Shown one piece after another: positions 26,684-38,400 of a stretch of 64,000 bases of DNA. The stretch is taken from assembly GCA_001244265.2 (NCBI GenBank), contig CDLV01000005.1, positions 682,001 through 746,000 of the forward strand. Reading direction: 5' to 3'. This DNA is from Microbotryum violaceum (Eukaryota). Within the stretch, counting starts at the first letter, position 1, and every line of letters begins with the position of its first letter. A program made the translations under genes and the position numbers. A model generated the notes under the pieces. The model was given only the letters and a program-made list of their open reading frames with translations. It had not been told where the DNA came from and searched no databases.

Positions 26684-26772
26684 ATGCGCGGGCGCGGGCG
26701 TCCAAGCTATTACTGGTAGGCCAAAATTCGCTCGCCCTCGCGCGGGCTGTAAGGGCGCGGGCTAGGGCGTGT
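26684..26772. promoter_or_regulatory. GC-rich putative (bidirectional) promoter between the hydrolase and RPL42
   Basis: Repeated GCGCGGG motifs and GGGCTAGGGC immediately before a pyrimidine-rich stretch and a 5' splice site at 26815. Confidence 0.35.
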
Positions 26773-27663
26773 GAGTTCGTTGTCGTCTGTCTTGTCATCT
26801 AAGCACCCGTTCAGGTCAGTCTAACCTCTACCCAAACTCCGACTGTGGATTTTTGATACCTTGAGTACGACCGATCGACCGACCGATCTACAACACATCG
26901 ACCCATCGACGATTGAGGACGCGCTGTGCGGTTCGTGCAGCTCAGGGTCATCGTCGTCGGCTGGCGCGAAAAAAAGCGACGTGCGCCTGTTGCAGTCTCG
27001 ACATCGCCTTGGACATGGTGAACATGGGGGGATCGTTGGAGGAGAATAGGACGGGAGGGAAGGCTGGTGTGTTGGCGGTTGTAGAGGGTGGATGGGGGTG
27101 GATATGGAGGGTTGACCGTGGTCGAGGGCTGGCTGGTCGTGGTCTGGCTGGGCGCACAGGGAGGACGCATCAGCCGGGCGACGACCACAGCAACGACAGC
27201 GATATCGAGCCAGCGGCGACACACTCACCCACCCCGGCTCATTCGACCCCGTTCAACACTTCGACCCTCTTGACCGAATGTCGCGTTCAACTCAAAAGGG
27301 TTGATGGGGTGGCATGTTGCCGTGTCGCACCGTCGGTAGCTGGCGGGTTCGCTCTGGACCATTCGCACCACGACGGACTTTGGCTGGCCCATCGCATCGC
27401 ATCGCAATCCCTCGCCTCCTCGCCTTGCCACCCCTGTGCTCCGATTCATCCATAAATGTATTCACTCCCTCTCTATTGGCCTTTCACTGACATTCTCCCT
27501 ACTGTTGCTGAACTCTCAGATCACCGAAGGTACATATTGACTCGCTGTCCCACCCTCGACTCTGGAGTACTACAGGCGCACGCCGCAGAGCACTCCCGGC
27601 AGATCAACCGACCGACCCCGCGCCGATTGGTACTGATCCTCCGTCGTCCTCTCGTGTGCCTAG

Positions 27664-28054
27664 ATGGTTAACGTTCCCAAGACACGCCGAACATACTGCA
27701 AGGGCAAGCAATGCCGCAAGCACACGCCCCACAAGGTCACCCAGTACAAGACCGGCAAGGCCTCGCTCTTCGCCCAGGGAAAGCGTCGTTACGACCGAAA
27801 GCAGTCGGGTCAGTCTGGGATGAACGAGCGACGATGGGAAAGAAACATGAATCTGATCCAAACTTTGCTGCCCAACAGGATACGGTGGACAGACCAAGCC
27901 GGTGTTCCACAAGAAGGCCAAGACGACCAAGAAGGTCGTGCTGCGATTGGAGTGCACCGTGTGCAAGTACAAGATGCAGATGGCGTTGAAGCGATGCAAG
28001 CACTTCGAGCTTGGTGGTGACAAGAAGACCAAGGGTGCCGCCCTCGTCTTCTAG
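27664..28054 (+). CDS. RPL42: 60S ribosomal protein eL42 (L44/L36a)
   Basis: [74 protein letters not shown]...[11 protein letters not shown]. Coding intron 27809-27878; 5'UTR intron 27530-27663. Confidence 0.98.
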
Positions 28055-28525
28055 ACGGCTCGATTCGTCCTCGGCGTGTTAGATTCGTTTCTGGGGAGGG
28101 GAGTGGTTGTGTTGTGTGGGCTGGGGAAGACGCTCGAAGATATGAGGCAATCGCTTTTCGTTCTACTAGTCGTATACTAAAACAAAAATGACCGAGATTG
28201 CGAGTTTGCCACAAAAGAAGCTTCCGATCGAGAGCCAAATTGAGTCTTGAGAGGGGAGCCTCTGGACGAGAGCAGCAGCGACCACAGAGAGCACAGGATG
28301 GGACTTGACAGATAACCTCTTGCCAGCAATAAGCTGGATCCGGTTTGAGGAACGCTGTTCGGTATCATTCATTTCGATCAAGCTGGCCGTCGCACCGGCG
28401 AATCAGCTCGACGCCTGTAGACGCTGAAGAGTTGCTGGCTTGTCGCGGGTGTCTTCGCAGACTGGCGCCCCGAACTTGATCCCTGTCCGGGATTGGTTTC
28501 GCACCTCCTTTCGCGCACTCAGCGC

Positions 28526-30832
28526 ATGCTCGCGAGATCTTTACATCGCTCTTTACCCTTCTTGGCTCGACCGCAACAGATCTCGTACACCAAAAGATAC
28601 TTCATGTCCACCCCCGTGGCAGCTACTGCTCCCAAGCGAGCCTTGTCGCCCAACTCGCCCGTTCGATCGACAACCTCGATCATGGAGTCATCGTCGACGT
28701 CGACGTCCGCTTTGAGCAATGTCGAGTCCGTTCAAGCGAATAAGAAAATCAAGATGGACGAGGCGAGCACGCAGAATGGACCTTCTGCTTCTAAAGCGAC
28801 AACAGTAGCGCAGCAACCTTCCCAAACACCAGCCCCGGGAGGAGGAGGAGAAGCAGGGGCACGAAAATCGAACAAGAACAAACAGGGAAAGAAGAAGACC
28901 AAAGCCGTAAAACCCGGAGGGGCCGAAGAAGTCGGTGCGTTCGACGTTGTCGAATTCTTGGGACCGGAAAGGGTTGAGGCCTTAGAGGAAGAGGCGGAGA
29001 GATCGAGGGTGAGGGATTGGAGTCGTAACGAGGCGGAGAAGGAATGGGGGTTTGGAGCGCAGGGGAAGTCGGTGCAGGTGAGGGTGGTGGGGTTGAATGC
29101 ACATGGTCAGTGCGGGCAGTCACAAGTGCCTGAGCTGGATTCCTGTTGCGGTGCTGATCGATCACGCTGCTGTCGGCATATAGGTGACGGTCTCGCCAAG
29201 TTGATCCCGTCGGGGTCAACCGAACCGACTCGCTTGGTGACAATTCCCTTTGCGATCCCTGGCGAACTCGTCAACATCAAAGTCACGCGCCACGAACCTG
29301 ATCTGTTGCTATCCCACTCTGATTTGATTGATATCATCGAACCGAGCGAGAAGAGAGACGCCGAGGTCGTCGAGTTGCCCGGGAAGGGCGAGCCGACTTT
29401 GGCGTTGCAGCAGGCGAGGAAGAAGTTTGGCAATCGCGTGCAGTGCCAGTATTTCGGGACGTGTTCGGGATGTCAGGTAAGCAATTCAACTACGTATAGT
29501 TTTCGACTGGGATTGATCCTGAGGACTTTCCTGGTCTTCCTCTGCCAGTACCAACCTTTGGCGTATTCGGACCAACTCGAAATCAAGCGCACCGTCCTAC
29601 GCAAAGCCTTTGCCAACTTTTCCAAACTCCCCCCCCGTTCGATCCCGCCCATCGGACCAACTTTACGTTCCCCACTCGAATACCAATACCGGACCAAGTT
29701 AACACCACACTTTCAAACGCCTCCTACGGGGCCGAAGAAGAAACAATTCAAGCGGAAGGATAAGGTGGGAGGAGGTGAGGAAGAGGAGGAAGTGCCCACA
29801 AAGAAGTGGGAGTTGACGATCGGGTTCGAGCAAAAAGGGAGGAAGAGGGTGATTGATATTGAGGAGTGTGTGATTGGCACCAAGGTCATTAATGAGGCGT
29901 ACCAGGTGCAGAGGGCGGAGGTGAAGAAGTAAGTCCACCTGGTCAGTGTCCCTCCCTTGTGGACGAGTGGAATTGAGGCGCCCTCTCTCTCGAACTGCCC
30001 TATAGGAATATCGCCAAGTACAAGCGAGGCTCGACTCTCTTACTCCGTGATTCGCTCCCCCCTCGAGTCGCAGGTGTCACCAAAGCCTCAACCCCACCGG
30101 ACGTCGAAGAGAAGCACGTCTGCATCTCCGACCACCACGCGACCGTGCGTGAAAAGGTCGGCACGAACGAATTCGAACAAGTCGCGGGTTCCTTCTTCCA
30201 AAACAACTCGTCCATACTCCCCTCCCTCATCGACTGCATCGCCGAGACCGTTCGAGCGGCGAATCCAAAGACGACGCATTTGATAGATGCGTATTGCGGT
30301 TCGGGGTTGTTTGCGATTTCGTTAGCGGATCAGTTCGAGAGGATTGAGGGGGTGGAGATTGATAAGCAGAGTGTCAAGTGGGCGAGGATGAACGCCGAGT
30401 GGAACAAAGGACCGGGGAGAGGGGAGGTTAGGTTCAGGGATGGGAAAGCGGAGGATATTTTCGGGGTGAGTTTGCAACGTACCTCTTTGCGACGGTCTGA
30501 AAATAACTGATGTATCTTGTCGAATCCTCCACTAGACGATCGACTTCCCAGCCGACTCAACTACGATCCTCATCGACCCCCCTCGCAAAGGTTGCGACGA
30601 GCTGTTCCTCTCCCAACTGCTCGCTTTCAACCCCTCAACGATCATCTACGTATCCTGCAACGTACATACCCAAGCACGAGACATCGGGTGGATCGTATCT
30701 CAGTCAAACGAAAAGGTCGAGAAGGAGGGGAAGGGCAAGAAGGGTTTTTGGATCGAAAGTCTGAGGGCAGCGGATTTGTTCGCGAATACGCATCATGCGG
30801 AGGGACTGGCTATTCTGAGGAGGGAGGTGTGA
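28526..30832 (+). CDS. TRM2: tRNA (uracil-54-C5)-methyltransferase
   Basis: VQCQYFGTCSGCQ; YQYRTKLTPHF; GSFFQNN; LIDAYCGSGLF; IDPPRKGC; IIYVSCNVHTQARD; DLFANTHHAEG. Confidence 0.92.
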
Positions 30833-30836
30833 GGCT

Positions 30837-30922
30837 TTCTTGATCAGAAATTCATTGTTCTTGATTAGAAATTCATTGTTCTTGATTAGAAATTCATTGT
30901 TCTTGATTAGAAATTCATTGTT
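30837..30922. repeat. 21-bp minisatellite x4 (TTCTTGATTAGAAATTCATTG)
   Basis: Four tandem copies with one mismatch in copy 1, directly after the TRM2 stop. Confidence 0.95.
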
Positions 30923-31345
30923 GCGTTATTTTGAGAGACGCGGCATAGTCGAGCGGCGTCCTCGTACGACGTTCGCAAATTAATTCAATCGGGCTGAGCC
31001 TGGCTGAGATGGTCCGTGCGAGAGTGGGCTTTCGCGCGCGCCGATGGCATCCAACTCGATCGACGGCGAAGAGTCACAGCGTCATACGCAGCCCATGTCC
31101 GGCCCCAATCCTCGGCATCTCACGTGGACGTGTCATTATACATACCCTTCCCGACACTCCGAAGTCACAGTGTCCACCCAGCACCAGCCACACCTCGCCT
31201 TGCCTCCTACTCGTACCCTGTCGCGTCCAAAGAACTTCGTCGCGTCGTCGTCCACACTCGTCGCGACGCGCGCTCGGGGTGCAGTCACTCGGAGCTGGTG
31301 AACACGATCGTGGCGTGAGCCGCCGGGATCGGGACAGCTAGGATC

Positions 31346-33695
31346 ATGTCCAACTCCGACGACGATTTGGACAACTTCTTCCTTTTACCAAGACGGACGC
31401 CCGAACCTCCTTCACCTACTCAGCCGAGTCAACACATTTCCCCTTCCCCTTCCCCTTCGCCTTCACCTCATCGGACTCGGACCCGGAGAGCGAGGGAACA
31501 GTCGGACGAACAAGATGAGGACCAAACGCCGCGTTCTATAGCCTCTTCCTCGGATGTAGAGATCATCGCTTCCGCTTCGAGACGCGTACAGGGAAGAAAT
31601 ACCATCGTCGCCGGCTCGTCCCGAGACGATTGGTCGAGGACCAAGACCAAACGAAGCAGCCTCCACACCGCGTCACGTCCACGACCCGCACTTGAAGCGA
31701 GATCGTCACGACTTGGATTGAGTGATTCTAGATCTGGAGGAACGACTAAAGCTGCGGAAGGAGCTTCGGACGACGATGACGAAGACGAAGAGTTGCCACC
31801 CCCGATCGCCAACGTCCCGAGGTTGGGTGACTTGTTCAATTCTGAAGGCGGAGCCGCACTACGAGCGATGGCGAAGGCCAATGGATGGAGGGGGGCGGCC
31901 CCATCACCGCCGAAACGAACGGTTTTGACACCTCGGAACGGTGTGGCTGCAAGCAAGGGCAAGGGGAAAGGCAAGGAGAAGGAACACCCGACGAGCGAGT
32001 CAGATTCGACCACGACTGTCACCCGGGGAGGAGGACTAGCTCCACCGCCCCAACGTCGCATTCGGATCTTGATGATCAGCTCGACAAGGCGAGGTATGCA
32101 GCGACTCGTCAGCCTAGAAGTGAGGTGTCAAAAGGGAAAGCCAAGGAACAATCAATTAAACGGCCACGGCGAGTCTCACCTACCCCGACGCCCGAACCGC
32201 CTGTCGAGTTCGACGAGACCGCCCGAGCGCCGGCACCCGAACCATTCTGGGGTACAGAAGCAATTGTGATGACGTCCGCGACGGCCAAGGAAGCGAATCG
32301 ACACCAACATGGAGCAGCTACGGAGGCGCTACGCAGAATGTCCGAGCTCGGAGCACCCAGGATCGATCAGACTTCGCATCTGGAAGATGAGATCGTCGAC
32401 GATGAGGACGAGGATAGGGGCGAGGGAGGAGCACAGGGGATACCGTTCCAGACGGCGGACAAGTACGAGACGGTCGCGGCAAAGGCCAAAAGAGAGAAGG
32501 CAGAGTCAATGGGCGAGTCTTTTCGGCTTGTTGAGGGATCTATCGTGGGTCAGCTACTCATTCGCAGCCTTTCCTTGCCTGCGCAGCCAAGCTCCGTGCG
32601 GTCCGGCAACGCAAGGCCGAAGCAGCCGCAGCGGCATCAACAAAATCAGGTCGCACTTCGTCGAACACACCTCGTCCGAAACAAATTACCGTCGACAACC
32701 TGTTGGTGTCCATGTCGACCGCTAAAGAACGGTGTCTGATGTGCAATGCCGAGGTGAGCCCCCGACGGTGTTTCTTCATGCACCTTCCTTGGGCTGGTTC
32801 TGACAAAGTGTTGACGCTTGCAAATGAATTGCAGGTACTCAAGAGTGAATTACAAGCCCATACGAACCAATGCCTCGACGCCGGCTTCTCCCAAGACGAC
32901 TTCTCCCAAGCGCATGTGCCCCACGCCCGTACCAGGCCTCCGCGCCGCCACGGCCTGCACTCGACATCGTCGACGATGATCCTGTGCATGACAGTCAGGA
33001 AATACGCGCTAGATTGGCGGCGGAACTCTTCTCGCCTTCACCACCGCATCGAGCGACTGCATCGCGAGCACAAGATAAAGGGAAAGGTCGTGCAGTGGAG
33101 CTACCCTCGGTCGTTGCGGCCCCTCGGACTGCCTCGCGTCATCAACAACTAGAGCTCCAGTTGGACAATGATGAAGACGAAGAAGAGTACTGGTCCTCCG
33201 ACACCCTCGCCCTAGCCGAAACAGACCTATTTGACGAACCACGAACCTCGACGCGTGCCCGTCGAAACGAAGTGATCGAGATCGAAGACGACGACGATGT
33301 CGTACGCGCTCGAGGTAGCGGGGGATCAATACCGAACATCGACCCGGTCCACCTCAGGATGGGTCTTCACCTCCTCGTGGGTCGTTGTACGTCTCGACCA
33401 TGAGCGCGGTCATTCGAGGTGCTTGTAAGTTGTGCTTCGTCCACGTGATCGAGACAAGAGTCTAGTCCTAGACCGCTGACGATGGGGATGGCATCTCACA
33501 GATGAAAGGATGTATTCGAACAAAGCCAAGGGAGAGGGAGAGGGAGGAGGGAGGATCGATCCTTTGGGGTCACAGAAGATGACGACTGTCTCGGCACCGA
33601 CGGGGAGGAGGGGGGGTGGGGGAGGGTTCAGGAGGGGGAGAGGGGGATGGAAGAAGAGGGGTGGGGCGACGGCGGCGAGGAGGCCGAGGAAGTGA
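31346..33695 (+). CDS. Uncharacterised disordered protein with UBZ4-type zinc finger and C-terminal RGG tail
   Basis: Removing intron 32754-32834 gives CLMCNAEVLKSELQAHTNQC (C-x2-C-x11-H-x3-C). The last exon is GRRGGGGGFRRGRGGWKKRGG...RRPRK*. A frame change is needed near 32000-32040. Confidence 0.65.
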
Positions 33696-33868
33696 GGAGG
33701 CCTCTATCGGTTCCGCTCAGGAGACCCCTATTTTGATATAATGTGATACCACGCAAGCAGGCCTCGTTTCGCATCCATTCGCTGTAATTCATCTCCCGGC
33801 CGGCGATTCATGCGCATGGCTTTTATGATGAAAAAAAAAAAAAAGCCAAGCTCGGCTTCGATATCTTG

Positions 33869-35153
33869 TCAATAATACAACACAGTATGTAATAGCTGAT
33901 GGGGATGTTTAGCCATGTGCTTCTCGATGATCGAATTCATCTCTTCGTCCAGGTCTTTAGCCGCCTCAATCTGCAGAAACGGGAAAGAGCCGAACGAGAC
34001 GGTCAGCGACGGTGCTTCGAAGATGATTTGAGGGCATGGACGATGTAACTCACACTCGAGCATAGATCGAGCATCGTCTTCCCTGCAATGTGTGCTTCTT
34101 CATGGTTGTCTTTGATCTCGATATTGATGATATGCACCGGGCGGTTCATCTCGCCTCCCCTAGTCAGGAGATCTGAATGGAGGCGGCAATCCCTTTCAGT
34201 CAGCTTTCCTGTTCTGGTGTCAGTGAGGTAGGCCAGACTAACCATCACAAACGGCATCATAACACCTCTCCTCACAGGTGATGACGACGTCGGCGACTTT
34301 TTGTGATTCTTGCCACCTCTCCGGCGCGGTCTTGATCCTTCGATTGCGGTCGAGCATGTTTAGGAGGCCGTTGGCGGTGTAGCTGCATGAAAGGTATGGG
34401 TCATGAGATCAGTCCAGGGAAAGCATCAGGAAAGAGTCGAGTGAGGTGGAGGCAGCTCACAGTCGCTCGTCTTGGGCTTTGAGGTCTTGGTACATGTGCT
34501 CGTAAGGGGTGCCAAAGGTGTAAATGTTGGGTCGGTCGATCGCTGGTCCGGGCAAGCGCACGGCCGAGCCTGTACCGGCGGAGATGACGTTGAAGTTGGC
34601 TTTTCTGCAGAGGGGCATTACGGAACTTGGGGCTCAGTATGCGAAGGTTGTTTTTTTGAGAATCGGAGACTCAAGGTACGAACGAGAGCACGTTATGCCC
34701 CTCCATGGACCTGTTCTGATTGCTCGCGCACACGACGCAGAACGTCAACCGATGGCCATTCTTGGTGTCCTTGGTCGAAGGAGGAAACGGATCGCCCAAG
34801 CTGGACGTGGTGGGTGGTTCGAAGGGTTTCTCCCTCAGTGGTGGTGGTGGTGGAGGAGGGGTTGTCGAGCGGGAGGCATTCGCTGTTGCTGCTGCTAGTG
34901 GTGCAGGTGGTGCAGGTGGTGCGGGTGGTGCGGAAGGGAGCAAAGAAGGGGGTGGTGTTGTAGCCAAGTGTTGAGGTGGTGCTTCAGGTGGTGCTTCAGG
35001 TGGTGCTTCAGGTGGTGCTTCAGGTGGTGCTTCAGGCTGGGTGTACGGCCCTAGTGGTGCGGGAGGAGTTGCCGCTCCTGCTTGAGGAGTATTTCGGCCG
35101 AGAGTACGATGACGGAGTCGCGGATCGGCCCTTCGTGGGTCGGAGGAGGACAT
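33869..35153 (-). CDS. SSU72: RNA polymerase II CTD phosphatase Ssu72
   Basis: [19 protein letters not shown] catalytic motif; [45 protein letters not shown]. Confidence 0.95.
34975..35034. repeat. 12-bp coding tandem repeat x5 encoding (EAPP)5 in the Ssu72 N-terminus
   Basis: GGTGGTGCTTCA repeated five times exactly. Confidence 0.95.
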
Positions 35154-35443
35154 GTTCTATTCGCTCAACGGTGGGAGTCGGGCGCTCGTTTCCACACCTG
35201 AGAGCGATGGGAAGCAAGAGCAAGAGCAACGAACGACCGTCGAAGCGCGCTCCGGCGGCGACCTCCAGCAGCCACGAGCGAAACGGCAGCAAACGGCTTT
35301 TAAGTGAGAACAAAAGAGAGAAGCTACGTTGCGAAAAACGAGAGATGAGCACCCCGATTAAACATAGATTACCAAAAAGAAAGATGAGAGCTTCGTCTTC
35401 AAACACATCGGCACACACACGGATATACACGCCAACACCCAGC

Positions 35444-38400
35444 CTACGACGACGTGACAGGCTCTTCGATCACCGCAGCGGGCCCAGTTGTCGATGTGCC
35501 AGCCGAATCGGTACCTCCAATACCAAGCACACTCCGGCCTATCCGCACGTACACAGCTCGCACGCACTCGCGAACGGTCGGATCCATATCCCTCACCAAC
35601 GTGTTGGTCACGAGCGGGTACAGTCGTGCCAATTGCGCTTTGAACGCCTCGTCTTCGAGCGAACAGAACCCTTGGAGAATTTCGGCGCAGACGGGGGTCC
35701 ACGCCGCGATGTTGCGAGCTTGCGAGTCCGGGTTCAGGGAGACGTAGTTGGCGAGGACGTCGAGACCCAATCTGTGATTAAAAGTTCAGAGTCAGTCTCG
35801 GTATTGGTTGCGATCTGATTCACCCGATTCAACAACTCACGGAGCAAACACCTCGACAACCTCAGCCCGTTTGCCGACATGTGCGGCCGTCGACGAGTCG
35901 TTGTACATCCGCAACAACACATTGACCAACGTAGCCGCACTCGTCGACTCTTGCCTCAACAAATTTGGCAAATCGCGCATGAAGCCAACCTTCCATAATG
36001 CCATCCGCAACGGCTTGTCCGCGTTGAACTTCCTTGCGAATCGGTACGAATCGTCGAGCGCCGACATGAGTTTGAGCAATTCAGCCGGCGGGATCGTAGT
36101 GTACACTCGTTCATGTTGTAAGAGCTCGTGCGTCGTCTCGATGAGCAGTAATTGCAATACGCACTTGACGATGATCTGTCGGAAGATGCGACGACGATCC
36201 GTGACCGGTGCGCGAACGTGTGGCACATCCTCGGTCGGAGGGGACAGGGGTGTAGGAGCGACGAAACCGTTCGTGGCAGCCGCCACAGAATCCGTCCATT
36301 CGGCAGGTGTGTCCGTCGACTCAGGCAAGAGAAGATTCTCGTCAAAGAGCTGGAACGCAGTTGTTGTCTTGAAGAGCTGAACAAAGGTCGAGACGATGCG
36401 CTCCCACCGCGCGGGCGAGAGCTTTTCGACGTTGTTCTCGAGCAACTGTTGGAGGCAAGACGTGCCTATCCGTGCGAGTGTGTCGTTTTCTGTAGTAAGC
36501 AAAAGTGCGGTGGGGGTGAGCTCGCGTGCACTCCTCGTCACCACCTCTGGAGCTCAAAACCAGCGTACCTTGGCAAATGCACTCGCACAGCAAATCCAAC
36601 AACCGATCCAGCATCCGTGCCAGCGCATCAAAGTAGAACGAGAAGAGATCGACGAGGTTGCGCAACGCCTGAATCATAGTCGTCGACAACCACACGCTCA
36701 TGTCCTCGTGCGTACTGAAGCGCGAAACATCCGATCGCGAGCGCAGGACCGCGAAAATGGGGAAGAGCACCTCCTTGCAGATCGTATCCCAAAACTCGGG
36801 TGGGAACTTTGAGCCGTGCGTTTTGAGAGTCTCGAACAAATAATCCAGGGCGCTGTGGGGTGGGAAGGGCGCACGATGTTAAGACAGCTTCATCGTCTTC
36901 GGTTCAAACATTAAACACTCACCGTTTTCGGACCTCAAGGTCCTCAGCGTTCATGATAACGTCATAGAACCCAAACAGGATCGGGAACCAGAACCTGAGC
37001 ATCGGATCATCATTCGGTGACGCCTCGAACTTGACGACCGCATTCTCACTCAAGGGGCATTGCGGGCACTCGAGCATCATCGAGATCAACGCCTTGACCA
37101 ATTCGATCGCCTGCAAGCTCACGCGCTGGTATTTGCTGATCTTGCAGAAATCAGTCACGCACACCGTCAAATCCGCGAACGAGCCGTACTCGACGATACG
37201 AGCAAAGTGCTCGCGGTTGACGCGTTGCACGATGTCGAACGCCTGCACCGCGATACGTTCGTTCAAAACCTTGGCAGCGGCGGCGAAGACGCCAAACATC
37301 GTCCGCCAACCCGATCGCAGGTTCTGCACGCGCGCTTGGATCATCTGGTGCAGGCATTGCAGGACCATATCGCGCGCATCGGGGTTGCTGTTGTGCACCA
37401 TGGCGTACTCGAACGGCTTAAGGAAGTCCTTTTGGAAGCGGAAGTTGGCGAGTTCCTCCTTTTCGAGGAAACGCATCGCGAGCTGGCGCAGCGAGTCGAG
37501 CGCGAGGAAGCTGACTTTGGCGTTGGTGTGACATGTGACCTGAGACGGGAAAGCAGTGGGGTCAGAGAGCATCCATAACGGAAGCGAGACAAGCCTCGTG
37601 CATCGTGACTGACCTGGTTGAAGTGCTCGCCGAGAATAAGCCAAATCTGCGACCACTCGAGTCGAATACGGTTCATGTTGTAGTACGAAATCTCAACCAG
37701 CTTCTGCAAGCAGAACACGCGCGGTTGCTCGGCCAAGCCAGAGGCTTGAATCTCCTCCCACGAGACTTCGCTCAGCGCTCGTACGAAATCGACGATCGCG
37801 GTACCGGATAAGTTCGGTGTCGAGGAAAAGATCATATCCGCCGTGATGGTAATGTGCTGAGAGCGTGTCTCGAGGGCGACTTGCTCCGTGGGACGTGAAT
37901 TGCGTGCCCTCGATGTGAGCGTCGATCTTCTGCTCGCTGTCGATCTGAAGGACAAAAGAATAAGATAAGTAGCTGAACGCAGGAGTCTATCACGAGCTGC
38001 AGTACTCACGGTTTCCGTCCCAGCTCGGGAACAGCTTGCGAGTCAACACCCTGCGCAATCAACTGGAACCTCTCCAACTGACTAACGCACGTGACGACCT
38101 CACGCCACGATCCCTTGAGGTAATTGCCATCGACCATCGCGACGTCCAACAAAGTCTTGATCGCTTCGACATTCTTGGCCTTCATCTCCCCCAAGTCATT
38201 GAGGAAGGTGAATTTGGCCAAGGTCGTAACAAAGGCATTGCGCTCCAACTCGAGGTCGAACAAGCAGACGATCTTGATCGCTTGCTTGAACCCTTGTAGA
38301 CTCAGCGTGATCAGATCCATGTCGTCCGTCGTTTGTAAAGGCGCTGAGATCCCAGCCAAGAAAGGCATCCACACGACCTCGAACATGGGTTTGACGTGTT

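Noticed and set aside
26840-26860. Sm-site-like ATTTTTG suggesting an snRNA or telomerase RNA
   Set aside because: No U1/U2/U4/U5 signature sequences and no CTAACCCTAA-type template nearby.
27050-27250. RNase P/MRP RNA (GGGAAGGCUGG ... ACCCACCCCGGCUCA resemble CR-I/CR-V)
   Set aside because: The P4 pairing lacks the bulged U and there is too little room for P2/P3. It is not supportable without a covariance-model search.
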